DNA of 49,329 bases from Bradyrhizobium sp. (GTDB taxonomy: Bacteria > Pseudomonadota > Alphaproteobacteria > Rhizobiales > Xanthobacteraceae), in contig JAFAUV010000190.1 in assembly GCA_019243075.1 (NCBI GenBank), positions 1 through 49,329 of the forward strand, in the 5' to 3' direction. Position 1 is the stretch's first letter. The number at the start of each line of letters is the position of its first letter. A model generated the notes under the pieces. That model had not been told where the DNA came from. It worked only from the letters and a program-made list of their open reading frames with translations, and searched no databases. The translations under genes and the position numbers were made by a program. Positions 9,973 to 21,159 of this stretch are shown here, in pieces.

Positions 9973-11232
9973 ATGGAACTTTCCTCCCGCCTCGACCTCA
10001 TGAACTGGCTGGTCGGCCAGGGGCTGACGGGCCTTCCCGAAACCGATCTGATCCGCGGCTTCTGCGAGCGTTGCCGGGCCGGCGGCCTCGACGTGTCGCG
10101 CGCCATGGCCTTCATCGACACGCTGCATCCGATCTATGAGGGACGCGGCTTTCGCTGGAACGACCTGCCGAGCAACGAGAGCGACACGTTCCAGTACCAG
10201 TCTTCAGCCGACGGCGATGCGGCCAAGAACTGGCGCCGCTCGGCGTTCCATCACATGCTCGAAAATGGCGATGACGAGTTTCGGCTGGATCTCGCCGACG
10301 ACGCCTCGCGCAACTTTTCCAGCATCGGCGATCTCGCCGACAAGGGCCACCGCCATTTGCTCGCCTTCATCCATCGCTTCGGCGATGCCGGCACGCTCGG
10401 CCAGATGGATTGCTTCTATTCCTACTTCACCACCCGCCGCGAGAACGGTTTCAGCGACCCCGAACTGGAGGCGCTGCGCGACCTCGTGCCGGTCCTGGGG
10501 CTCGCGATCAAATCCGCCCAGCAGATGGACATCGCCCGCACGCTGGGGCGCGTCTATCTCGGTCGCGATGCCTCCGAGCAGGTGCTGCGCGGGCGCATCA
10601 GCCGTGGCGTCACCGAGCGCATCAATGCGGTCTTGTGGTTCTCCGATCTGCGCGGCTCGACCCGAATCTCCGAGAGCATCGGGCCGGACGAGATCATCCC
10701 GTTTCTCAACGACTACGCGGACGCCTCGATCGAGGCGATCCACGAGGCCGGCGGCGACGTATTGAAGCTGATCGGCGACGGCGTGCTTGCGATCTTCACC
10801 GGGGAGGACATGACGGTGGCGCGCCGCGCCGCGCTTTCCGCCGAGCACGCCTTTCGCCTCAACATGGCCGAGCTCAACGAGCGGCGCGCGCAAGAGCGGC
10901 GCCCGGTCACCACGGCCTATGTGGGCCTGCATATCGGCGAGGTGTTCTACGGTAATATCGGCAGCCAGGACCGGCTCGACTTCACCGTGGTGGGGCCGGC
11001 CGTCAATGAGGTCAGCCGCATTGCCTCGATGTGCAATTCCATCGATCGCGAATTTCTGGCCTCGTCCGAATTCTGCAAGGGCCTCGATGCCACCGGCCGG
11101 CGCTATCTGGTCTCGACCGGCCGTTACGCACTGCGTGGCATCGGCCGGGCGCAGAACCTCTATACGCTCGACCCCGACATCGCCGCGAACGAGGCGATGG
11201 CTGGAAGCTACGAACGCTATCTGAAGAGTTGA
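9973..11232 (+). CDS. Class III adenylate/guanylate cyclase with N-terminal GAF-like region
   Basis: WFSDLRGST, VLKLIGDG, RLDFTVVGPAVNEVSRI. The K/D specificity pair suggests ATP as substrate. Confidence 0.92.
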   Translation: MELSSRLDLMNWLVGQGLTGLPETDLIRGFCERCRAGGLDVSRAMAFIDTLHPIYEGRGFRWNDLPSNESDTFQYQSSADGDAAKNWRRSAFHHMLENGDDEFRLDLADDASRNFSSIGDLADKGHRHLLAFIHRFGDAGTLGQMDCFYSYFTTRRENGFSDPELEALRDLVPVLGLAIKSAQQMDIARTLGRVYLGRDASEQVLRGRISRGVTERINAVLWFSDLRGSTRISESIGPDEIIPFLNDYADASIEAIHEAGGDVLKLIGDGVLAIFTGEDMTVARRAALSAEHAFRLNMAELNERRAQERRPVTTAYVGLHIGEVFYGNIGSQDRLDFTVVGPAVNEVSRIASMCNSIDREFLASSEFCKGLDATGRRYLVSTGRYALRGIGRAQNLYTLDPDIAANEAMAGSYERYLKS

Positions 11233-11241
11233 GCTCGCAGA

Positions 11242-11386
11242 TCACTCTTGCTCCAGGAGGTGCAGCACCTCACCGTTGAACTGATCCGCATCCAGCAGGA
11301 AGGCCAAGTGGCTGACGCGCGGTTCGATCCAAAGGCCGCGTCGGGGATCTGGTCGGCCACCAACAGCGCGTCGGTTCGCTTGATAC
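11242..11386 (-). pseudogene. C-terminal relic of an alpha/beta-fold hydrolase with a frameshift
   Basis: The minus strand reads IKRTDALLVADQIPDA, then after a 1-nt shift LWIEPRVSHLAFLLDADQFNGEVLHLLEQE*. This matches the IP.A.L.I.P.VSH…QF..EVL.FL C-terminus around the catalytic His. Confidence 0.65.
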
Positions 11387-12646
11387 CTAGCGCGAAAGGC
11401 CTAAGGCGGGGCAGGCGTCCTTGACCATGTCGGGCTGCCGCGCCAATGCCACGGCCGGCGAGAGCAGGATTACCAGCGCCTGCGCGCCGAAGATCGCCAC
11501 CGCAAGATAAAGGCAGGTCTCCGCGCCATAGAGGGCACCGATCGTCGCGCCGAGCGCCGAGCCGAGCGGCCGCGCGCCATAGCTCAGGATGTTGATCGCG
11601 GAGACGCGCCCGAGCAGGCGCGGCGGTGTCACCGACTGCCGCAGCGTGGTGGTCGAGATCACCCACAGGATCGGGCCGGCGCCGAGCAGGAAGAAGGCAA
11701 CGCCGGCGAACCCCGGCCTCGGCACGAGGGTGGTGGTCGCCATCACCACGGCCGCGACCAGGCCGGTGACGGGGCCGAGCCCGATCACGGCGCCGAAGGC
11801 GAGCCGCCGCATCACCCGCGTCGCTAGCAGCGCGCCGACCACCATGCCGGCACCATACATCGCAAGCGTGGTGCCGACGCCGATTGCGGAGAGACCGAGC
11901 CGACGAACGGCATAGGGCACGAACACCGCGAGCACCAGGAAGGAGCCGGTGTTGAAGATGAACTGCGTGATAAAGACGGGGCGCAAAAGCGCATGGTGCA
12001 ACACGAAGGACGCGCCTTCCTTGACCTCCTGCAGCGGATGGCGCCGCGGCGCCGCTTCGCGGGCGGGCTCGTGGATGCCCGAGAGCAGCACCACCGCGAT
12101 CGTCGAAAGCGCGGCGGCAAAGCCGAACGCCGGCGCTGCGCCGACCCATCCGACCAGCACGCCGCCGAGCGCAGGGCCGCTCGCAAATGCGATCGTCCGC
12201 GCGAGCTCGATGCGGGCATTGGCGGTTGGCAGCAGTTGCTGCGTCACCAGCGAGGGCACCAGCGCCGGCGCCGCAACGCTATAGGCGACCGTTCCACACA
12301 CCGCGACGAAACCTAGCAGGCAGAGTAGCGGCAGCGTCAACCGGCCGCTCGCGATCAGTGCAAGGATGCCGGCAAGCGCGGTTGCGCGAAGCGCTTCGGA
12401 GCCTGCCATCAGCTTCCGCCGCGAGATGCGGTCGGCGAGGAGGCCAGCTGGAATCGCGAACAGGATGAAGGGCAGCGTCAGCGCGGTCTGCAACAAACCC
12501 GTTTCGCCCTCGGCGACACCGAGCATCAGCACGGCGACGATTGGCGCCGCGGCAAGCGCGATCTGCTCGGCGGATTGCGCGGCGAGATTGGACCAGGCGA
12601 GGCGGTTGAAGGTCGCCGGCAGTCGCGAAGTTGTGGAGGCGGACAT
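11387..12646 (-). CDS. MFS transporter (EntS/H+ antiporter-like)
   Basis: About 12 TM helices, AGLLADRISRRKL, LRQSVTPPRLLGRVSA. ATG 12646 has an upstream GGAG. Confidence 0.9.
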   Translation of the reverse strand: MSASTTSRLPATFNRLAWSNLAAQSAEQIALAAAPIVAVLMLGVAEGETGLLQTALTLPFILFAIPAGLLADRISRRKLMAGSEALRATALAGILALIASGRLTLPLLCLLGFVAVCGTVAYSVAAPALVPSLVTQQLLPTANARIELARTIAFASGPALGGVLVGWVGAAPAFGFAAALSTIAVVLLSGIHEPAREAAPRRHPLQEVKEGASFVLHHALLRPVFITQFIFNTGSFLVLAVFVPYAVRRLGLSAIGVGTTLAMYGAGMVVGALLATRVMRRLAFGAVIGLGPVTGLVAAVVMATTTLVPRPGFAGVAFFLLGAGPILWVISTTTLRQSVTPPRLLGRVSAINILSYGARPLGSALGATIGALYGAETCLYLAVAIFGAQALVILLSPAVALARQPDMVKDACPALGLSR

Positions 12647-12760
12647 CGGAATGCTCCCGGTGCGTTGTCCTCCGCAACATGGGAGATGGGCAGCATCGAT
12701 CCCACCCGATTTCCGACTAGCCGCTCGCAAAGCGCCTCGGATTTGCCGGCGCTAGGCTGC

Positions 12761-14248
12761 TCAACAGCACCCTCGCTCCCGGATCAGGAAGGACGGAAAG
12801 GCATCGACGAGATGCCTTTCGGCAAAGATCGCCGCCAATGCCGCCTTGATCAGCACCAGCGCCTGCTCCGCGTTGCAGACGCCATTGCCGCGCCGGCGAA
12901 GGACGGCGGTGAATTCGCGCACCAGCCTGAGTTTGGCGCGAATGAGGCGATGCTCCCCGGGCGTCAAGTCATGCGATGATCCATAGCTGCGCACTAACCC
13001 GCCCGAGCGTTCGTCGTAGCCGAGCGAGGTGACGGGGGGCCAGGGCGTCTGCAACAGACATTCCAGCGCATAGTGATGGGCCGGCAGCTCGGACTTGCGC
13101 GTCAGGAAGCGCAAACGGCCGCTCTCGATCATCGTGCCGATGTGGCCCGCCTCGCTCGGCGCGATGATGTCGTCGAGATGGATCAGCGTCGCCAGACGCG
13201 TGGACGTATTGCCGTTGCGCGTCAGGAAATGGGACACGGTCCGGCCGCTCGTCAGCGGATCGACCAGCACGCTGTCGGCATTGATGCGCGACAGCAATAT
13301 GTGATCAAAACTCCTGGACAGGACGATCTCCCGGGACAGATCGAGCGTCGTCGAATCCACGAACGGGTAGAGCGTCGAGAAAACCCGTGCCAGGTCATCC
13401 GCATCGCGTCGAAGAAACACGAATCGCTGGTCCGGACCGAAGCTCCGGTTCAGCCAGACGGAGAACCCGTAGAGCAGGGCGAGGTAAGGTCCGGCGATGA
13501 CGTTCTGCAATGGTCCGGCTTCGTTGGTCACGCCGCGCAGCCGGGTTTCCCGCAACAGCAGCGCGAGTTGCTGCAGCCCGAGATTGGCCACCGTCATTTC
13601 CCAGGGCGTCGGCCTTGCATTGTCGATACAGGAAGTTTCAATTCCAAACTTGCGCGGCGCCTCGACGTCGGAGTGGTGATTGTCGCCAAAATGGGTGCGG
13701 ACCGCGTAATGGGCCATCACTTGCGGCCAGATCGTTCCGGAAGCCTTGCCCCAATTGCTTCTCACGATCGGTCGCAATTCATCCAGACCGCAGAGCTCTC
13801 GCACCAGGTCGAAGACGACCTCGTCAGGCAGATACATGTCGGAGAGGATGATGTCTCCCGGCTCGACCATCTCGACGATCGCGCGGATCGGAAACAGCAA
13901 TTCACGCTCGATTGCCAATTCGAGTCCCAGCATCGTCAGCGCGCGGGGCTTTTCCATGCCGCTGGCAACCAACCTGCGATAGATGTCGTGGATGACATAG
14001 GGCGCGCCGACGTGATCGAGATCCGCCTGGGCCTGCAGGCGCCGCTTGAGGAAGTCCGCCTCCTGCGCGCGCTGCTCGACGAGGCGCAGCACATCGATGG
14101 GATCGACGAAAAACCGGCTGACCAGCGTATCGAAGACGTCCCAACTGTTGACCATGGGCCGCCGGTTTGGTCCGGAAATCTGTATCGCCGGGGTAACGGT
14201 TGCGCCTGGCAGCGTGGCCGCCTGCGTCAGACCGAATTCAGTCAACAT
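12761..14248 (-). CDS. HAD-superfamily-like protein of the type found in surface-glycan loci
   Basis: SWDVFDTLVSR (motif I), LSDMYL (motif II), K (GKASG), HFGDN..SD (motif IV), followed by FLRRD. A GGGAG RBS precedes ATG 14248. Confidence 0.75.
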   Translation of the reverse strand: MLTEFGLTQAATLPGATVTPAIQISGPNRRPMVNSWDVFDTLVSRFFVDPIDVLRLVEQRAQEADFLKRRLQAQADLDHVGAPYVIHDIYRRLVASGMEKPRALTMLGLELAIERELLFPIRAIVEMVEPGDIILSDMYLPDEVVFDLVRELCGLDELRPIVRSNWGKASGTIWPQVMAHYAVRTHFGDNHHSDVEAPRKFGIETSCIDNARPTPWEMTVANLGLQQLALLLRETRLRGVTNEAGPLQNVIAGPYLALLYGFSVWLNRSFGPDQRFVFLRRDADDLARVFSTLYPFVDSTTLDLSREIVLSRSFDHILLSRINADSVLVDPLTSGRTVSHFLTRNGNTSTRLATLIHLDDIIAPSEAGHIGTMIESGRLRFLTRKSELPAHHYALECLLQTPWPPVTSLGYDERSGGLVRSYGSSHDLTPGEHRLIRAKLRLVREFTAVLRRRGNGVCNAEQALVLIKAALAAIFAERHLVDAFPSFLIRERGCC

Positions 14249-14442
14249 ATCGAGCTCCCTGGGCCGGGCGCAGAGCACCGGCTGTCCGCCGCGCGGGGCG
14301 CCTCGGCGAGTCGGCATTCGAGTGCCGCAGTGCCATCAGGCGATGATCGTGGTTAATTTTTCCTTTCCGGCTGCGAGCCGAAACCACGGGGACCGGCCGA
14401 TGATGCGGATATCCGCCGACGCGGCGGTCTGGTCGGCTTATC

Positions 14443-14470
14443 AGATGCATTTGCGAATGAGTTGCATTAA
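14443..14470 (+). promoter_or_regulatory. Fur/Mur (manganese-responsive) box of mntH
   Basis: AGATGCATTTGCGAATGAGTTGCATTAA matches the rhizobial Mur/Fur box TGCRAATnnnTTGCA, directly upstream of mntH. Confidence 0.8.
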
Positions 14471-14496
14471 AGGAAAACTTGGGCCATGGTGGGACC

Positions 14497-15882
14497 ATGG
14501 ACGCCAGAACAACCGATTTGACGCCTGAAGCCGCGCCGGAACCGGCCCGCGGCCTTGCCCCCGACCTTCCGGGCTGGCGCGGAGCCCGTGGCGAGCCGTC
14601 GCTGTCGGATATGTTCGGCTCGGTTCGGACCGTTCAGAACGGATCGTTCTGGCGCAAGCTGTTTGCGTTCCTCGGTCCCGGCTATCTCGTCGCCGTGGGC
14701 TATATGGACCCCGGCAACTGGGCGACTTCGCTCGCCGGCGGCTCCAAATTCGGCTACGCGCTGCTCACCGTGGCGCTGCTGTCGAACGTGATGGCGATCG
14801 TCCTGCAATCGCTGTGCACGCGGCTCGGCGTCGGCGCCGGTCGCGACCTGGCGCAGGCCTGCCGCGATTCCTTTCCGCGCTATGTCACCGTTCCCCTGTG
14901 GCTCTCGGCGGAGATCGCGATCACCGCGACCGACCTTGCGGAAGTGATCGGCACCGCGATCGGGCTCAACCTTCTGTTTCATATTCCGCTCGAGATCGGC
15001 GTCGTCATCACCGCTGCCGACGTCCTTCTCATCCTCGCCCTGCAGGCGTTCGGCTTCCGCTGGATCGAGGCCTTTGTGGTGGCGATGCTGGGTGTGATCG
15101 CCGCCTGTTTCGCGGTGCAGATCGCGCTAGCCGATCCCGACTGGGGTGCGGTGCTCGGGGGGCTGGCGCCGAGCCGCGAGCTGTTCGCCAATCGGGAAAT
15201 GCTCTATCTGGCCCTCGGCATCCTCGGCGCAACCGTGATGCCGCATAATCTCTATCTGCATTCCGGCCTGGTGCAGACGCGCGGCTATGCCGACACACCG
15301 GCAGAAAGGCACGAGGCGATCTCCCTCGCCACCATCGATTCCACCATCGCGCTGTGCTTTGCCTTTGTCATCAACGCCTCGATCCTGATCCTGGCGGCGG
15401 CTACCTTCCATCGCGCCGGCAGGACCGATGTCGCCGAGCTCGACCAGGCGCATTCCTTCCTCTCGCCGCTGCTCGGCTCGACGCTGGCGCCGACGCTGTT
15501 TGCCATCGCGCTGCTCTGCTGCGGCCTCAACTCGACCATCACCGCGACGCTATCGGGCCAGATCGTGATGGAAGGCTTCTTGAACTTCCGCATCGCGCCT
15601 TGGCTGCGGCGGCTGGTGACGCGGATGATCGCGATCCTGCCGGCGGTCATCGTGACCATCTGGTTCGGAGAGAAGGGGACGGGACAATTGCTCATCCTGA
15701 GCCAGGTCGTGCTCAGCCTGCAATTGCCGTTCGCCGTGGTGCCGCTGGTGATGTTCACCGCGAGCCGCGCGAAGATGGGCCCCTATGTGGCGCCGCGCTG
15801 GCTCACCCTGCTGGCAGTCGCCACCGCCGCGGCGATCATCGTGCTCAATGCGAAGCTGGTTTGGGATTATGGGAGTGCGTGA
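14497..15882 (+). CDS. mntH: Nramp-family Mn2+ transporter MntH
   Basis: [35 protein letters not shown]. Confidence 0.96.
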   Translation: MDARTTDLTPEAAPEPARGLAPDLPGWRGARGEPSLSDMFGSVRTVQNGSFWRKLFAFLGPGYLVAVGYMDPGNWATSLAGGSKFGYALLTVALLSNVMAIVLQSLCTRLGVGAGRDLAQACRDSFPRYVTVPLWLSAEIAITATDLAEVIGTAIGLNLLFHIPLEIGVVITAADVLLILALQAFGFRWIEAFVVAMLGVIAACFAVQIALADPDWGAVLGGLAPSRELFANREMLYLALGILGATVMPHNLYLHSGLVQTRGYADTPAERHEAISLATIDSTIALCFAFVINASILILAAATFHRAGRTDVAELDQAHSFLSPLLGSTLAPTLFAIALLCCGLNSTITATLSGQIVMEGFLNFRIAPWLRRLVTRMIAILPAVIVTIWFGEKGTGQLLILSQVVLSLQLPFAVVPLVMFTASRAKMGPYVAPRWLTLLAVATAAAIIVLNAKLVWDYGSA

Positions 15883-15888
15883 GCTGCA

Positions 15889-16293
15889 CTAGGTGGCGCG
15901 AAACGGGTTTAGGATACGCAATCCTTCTTTCAACTTCATGCCATGTTGCATGTCTTCCGACCACAAGATCGGGCTGCCGGCATGCAGAGCCGAAGCGACG
16001 ACCATCGCATCATAGGTCGGGAAGTCGTATCGCTCGGCGAGTGCAATCCCCGTTTCGTGGACCTCAAGGGTCAATGAATGAACGGTCAATAGGCTGCGCA
16101 GCGGGTTCAGAAGCGCGCGGGTCTCCGCCCACGACATCCGCATTTTCCGGCGAGCTACATTGGCAAGCTCGTTGAGAATTTGCACGCTGATAGCCCCGCC
16201 AGCGGCAACGGCGGCCTCTGCGCGATCTGCTTTCCTCGCGTCTCCTGAAGCGATATAGGCAAGTACGCTTGTATCAAAAAAATCAGCGGCCAT
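15889..16293 (-). CDS. vapC: PIN-domain toxin (VapC family)
   Basis: FFDTSVL, ISVQILNEL, YDAMVVASA and WSEDM carry the four acidic PIN residues. It overlaps the antitoxin gene. Confidence 0.9.
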   Translation of the reverse strand: MAADFFDTSVLAYIASGDARKADRAEAAVAAGGAISVQILNELANVARRKMRMSWAETRALLNPLRSLLTVHSLTLEVHETGIALAERYDFPTYDAMVVASALHAGSPILWSEDMQHGMKLKEGLRILNPFRAT

Positions 16294-16513
16294 TCATCTC
16301 GTCTCTGTCGAATTTGAAGTCGGCAGGCAGACGACCGCGGAAGGTGCGCAGGCGCTTCAATAATTCGTCGCGACCGGGTTTGCGCGAGAGCCCGAACTCT
16401 CGTGCACCGGCAATGTGAATCTCGATCTCATCGCCTTCTTTAAGTTGGAGCGCCTCGACCACCGAGGCGGGAAGCCTCACGGCAAGGCTGTTTCCCCATT
16501 TCGCAACCTGCAT
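16283..16513 (-). CDS. AbrB/MazE/SpoVT-family antitoxin
   Basis: MQVAKWGNSLAVRLP…LKEGDEI swapped-hairpin motif; GGAGG RBS. Confidence 0.92.
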   Translation of the reverse strand: MQVAKWGNSLAVRLPASVVEALQLKEGDEIEIHIAGAREFGLSRKPGRDELLKRLRTFRGRLPADFKFDRDEMNGR

Positions 16514-16526
16514 GGCCGCCTCCCAT

Positions 16527-16570
16527 GATATACTTTAGAGAAATGTATATCCTGCGACGCCGTGCGTCAA
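16527..16570 (-). promoter_or_regulatory. TA promoter with palindromic operator
   Basis: Minus strand TTGACG-N17-TACATT (16570-16542). The inverted repeat GATATAC-N11-GTATATC (16527-16551) overlaps the -10. Confidence 0.7.
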
Positions 16571-16646
16571 CCATATCGATCAGTCAGCATCTGGCGCCGG
16601 CCTTCCCGGCCTTGCTGCAATGGCATGCGAACTTCGGAAAGTGGCG

Positions 16647-17423
16647 CTAATCCTGCGGCTCGCTCGCCACGTCGCCCGCGGCATCCACCCGCAGCCACCC
16701 TGACGGCGCCAGCCGCTGCTGCGGCAGGTAGCGGCCCTTGTAGTCCATCTTCTTGGAGCCCTCGATCCAGTAGCCGAGATAGACGTAAGGCAAGCCCTGG
16801 CGCCGCGCGCGGGCGATGTGGTCGAGGATCATGAAGGTGCCGAGCGAGCGGCTCTCTTCCGCCGGATCGAAGAAGGAATAGACCATCGACAGCCCGTCCG
16901 AGAGCACGTCCGTCAGCGCCACCGCCACCAGCCCCTGGCCGCGACCGGTGATGCCGCTGTCGGGACCGCGGCGGCGGTATTCGATGATGCGCGTCTCGAC
17001 ATGGCTGTCCTCGACCATCATCGCGTAGTCGAGCACGGTCATGTCGGCCATGCCGCCGTGACGGTGCCGCGCATCGAGATAGGCGCGGAAAATCGAATAT
17101 TGCTCCGACGTCGGGACCGCGCTGCGCTGCTCGCCGATGATGTCGGCGTTGCGCGCCAGGACTTTGCGGAAATTGCGGGAGGGACGGAACTCGTTTGCGA
17201 CCACACGCACGGAAACACAGGCGCGGCACTGGTCGCAGGCCGGCCGGTACGCAATCGACTGGCTGCGCCGGAAGCCGCCATGGGTCAGGAGGTCGTTGAG
17301 GTCGCCCGCCTTGTCGCCAACGAGATGGGTGAACACTTTCCGCTCGTGCCGGCCCGGCAAATAAGGGCAGGGCGAGGGCGCCGTCAGGTAGAATTGCGGG
17401 GTGTCACGCGAATGCTGGGTCAA
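16647..17423 (-). CDS. ate: Arginyl-tRNA-protein transferase-like / Asp-Glu leucyltransferase (Bpt)
   Basis: [40 protein letters not shown]….KMDYK. Confidence 0.93.
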   Translation of the reverse strand: MTQHSRDTPQFYLTAPSPCPYLPGRHERKVFTHLVGDKAGDLNDLLTHGGFRRSQSIAYRPACDQCRACVSVRVVANEFRPSRNFRKVLARNADIIGEQRSAVPTSEQYSIFRAYLDARHRHGGMADMTVLDYAMMVEDSHVETRIIEYRRRGPDSGITGRGQGLVAVALTDVLSDGLSMVYSFFDPAEESRSLGTFMILDHIARARRQGLPYVYLGYWIEGSKKMDYKGRYLPQQRLAPSGWLRVDAAGDVASEPQD

Positions 17424-17500
17424 GGAATTCCTGTGAGCCTCCGGGGCGAAGCAAACGCTGATAGCATCGCGCCGCGGAGGCTAACGGTCAATTACTTTGC

Positions 17501-18043
17501 TCAATAAGTTCGTGCGGGCTGCCCGACCCGCGAACGAAGCGAGTTGTTGATAACCACGGTTCCGAGCACGATATCGTGCGCGAGCCGCCCCCTCGCATTG
17601 AACAGGCCGATCAGCAGGATGAGCGGCGACAGGAACGAGATCGAGGTCCAGAACAGCACGGCGTGCGCGGCTCCCAGCACGAAATAGCCGGGCGCGCCGT
17701 ACCAGGTGCGCAGCTCCAGATCCATTACCCGCATGCCGATGGTGGCCGAATGCGGTCCGCCGAACGTGGTGCCGTAATAGATCACCGCCCAGACGATCGT
17801 TGCCGGCCATGCCAGCCAGAACAGCGCCCAGCCAAGGCCGAGCGTGAGCAGGCCGAACACCGCGATGAAGAGGTAGCCGAGCGCCACCGGCACCGACAGC
17901 ACGATGACGTCGATGATGAAGGCGATGACGCGGCGCGTCAGCACGCCCCGGAACAGGTCCGGCTCCGCATCGGGATCAAACGCAGGCGCGTCATTCGGCG
18001 CGCCCTTGTTCCAGCCGCCGCCATTGCCCGAACCGTAAGACAT
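17501..18043 (-). CDS. RDD family membrane protein
   Basis: RRVIAFIID, ATIGMR, RLAHD. ATG 18043 has a GGAGG RBS. Confidence 0.9.
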   Translation of the reverse strand: MSYGSGNGGGWNKGAPNDAPAFDPDAEPDLFRGVLTRRVIAFIIDVIVLSVPVALGYLFIAVFGLLTLGLGWALFWLAWPATIVWAVIYYGTTFGGPHSATIGMRVMDLELRTWYGAPGYFVLGAAHAVLFWTSISFLSPLILLIGLFNARGRLAHDIVLGTVVINNSLRSRVGQPARTY

Positions 18044-18078
18044 GCTCGTTCCTCCCCGGGGAAATCCCCGCGGCCAGG

Positions 18079-18106
18079 ACATGGGAGGAGAGAAAGCGGT
18101 TGCAAG
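18079..18106 (-). promoter_or_regulatory. Putative RpoH (sigma32) promoter of the RDD gene
   Basis: Minus strand CTTG-N17-CCCATGT. Confidence 0.6.
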
Positions 18107-18207
18107 GGCTTTGCCGCGCCGGAAAATCGCAATATTTGCGGATGTTACAATGTTCAATGAGGTTCGTTTGTTCGCGACGCGCGGTTGCCGCGGCGGCAGC
18201 TGCGCCG

Positions 18208-19888
<1,681 letters not shown>

Positions 19889-20228
19889 TCGGCGCTTGCT
19901 TCAAACTTTAGGTGAATCCGCCTTAAGGTTTTGGCTTCCTTAAGCGCGCCGCCACAGCGTTTAAGCGGTGGTTTCGTAACGGTGGCGGGGTGTTTTGGAA
20001 TATGACATGCGGGGTGCACGGAGCGTGAACATCGCTTGCGCACCGTCAATGGAAAGTTGCGAAAAGTCCTTGCGCCACGGGCTTAATCCGCAATTCACTG
20101 TCTTAAATTCATTCTCTCTTTATTGTCTTATTTAAGCGGTTCTTCAAGCCGGCCCCTTACGTTGGCCCTATCAGGCGGGACAAAAGTTTCGTCGAATAAG
20201 TCGATAAAACGACAACAGGGGAAGTGTC

Positions 20229-20744
20229 ATGAAGAATGCCGTTGCGACGGCGGTGGAGACCGCCGAGCGCGCTGCAGGCCAGTCGCCGGTGCAGCCGCTC
20301 TATCTGGAGGCGTTGACGTTGGTGGAGCGGCTGCATCGCCGCCTGCTCGACGTCATCAAGGATGAATTCGATCGCCGTGGCCGTTCCGACATCAATTCGG
20401 TGCAGGCGCTGCTGCTCTACAATATCGGCGACAAGGAGCTGACCGCGGGCGAGCTGCGCACGCGCGGCTACTATCTCGGCTCCAATGTCTCCTACAATCT
20501 GAAGAAGCTGGTCGAGCTCGGCTTCCTCGATCATCAGCGCTCGCGCGTTGATCGCCGCTCGGTCCGCATCCGCCTGACGCCGCAGGGCCAGGAAATCCGC
20601 CGCATCGTCGACGCGCTCTATCAGAAGCACGTCAAGACGGTCGAGCAGGTCGGCGGCATCTCGAATGAGGAGTTCGCGACCCTGAACAAGTCGCTGCACC
20701 GGCTCGAGCGGTTCTGGACCGACCAGATCCTGTACCGTCTCTGA
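20229..20744 (+). CDS. ldtR: MarR-family regulator LdtR
   Basis: LVERLHRRLLDVIKDEF, GYYLGSNVSYNLKKL, DRRSVRIRLT; lies upstream of an L,D-transpeptidase. Confidence 0.9.
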   Translation: MKNAVATAVETAERAAGQSPVQPLYLEALTLVERLHRRLLDVIKDEFDRRGRSDINSVQALLLYNIGDKELTAGELRTRGYYLGSNVSYNLKKLVELGFLDHQRSRVDRRSVRIRLTPQGQEIRRIVDALYQKHVKTVEQVGGISNEEFATLNKSLHRLERFWTDQILYRL

Positions 20745-20811
20745 CGGATTTTCCAGGTTCAAGCCGGCCATATCAGAAGACCGGCAACCCTTTTCAACCG
20801 GACCTTCCCCT

Positions 20812-20848
20812 GGGCATCGGAGGTTTTCGCCTCCGCTGCCCTCGTTTT
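20812..20848 (+). terminator. Intrinsic terminator after ldtR
   Basis: Hairpin GGGCA-TCGGAGG-TTTTCG-CCTCCG-CTGCCC followed by TCGTTTT. Confidence 0.6.
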
Positions 20849-20925
20849 CATATGTCAAATAGAGAAAAGCCGCCGCAACCTGGAACCAGTTCCGCCCCCA
20901 AGCGCTTATCCCTGCGAAGTGGAGG

Positions 20926-21159
20926 ATGATGACCATGCTGGTCGAACGCGGTGTGCGAGCGACGAACACGGGGGCGGTCGGCGACGCCTACGCCATCGCC
21001 GCGAACTACCTGCGCCGCACCGGCGCCATCCCGGACGATTTCGTCACCAACGATCGCCTGCTCACGATCATCGTGAAGATGTTTCACCGCGGCGAAGTGA
21101 ACAAGATCAGGCTCGCCAATCTGGCGATCGCCAAATTCGAAGCCCACGAACTTGTCTGA
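20926..21159 (+). CDS. Small hypothetical protein (77 aa)
   Basis: GGAGG near the start, high-GC3 codons, C-terminal MFHRGEVNKIRLANLAI. Confidence 0.75.
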   Translation: MMTMLVERGVRATNTGAVGDAYAIAANYLRRTGAIPDDFVTNDRLLTIIVKMFHRGEVNKIRLANLAIAKFEAHELV

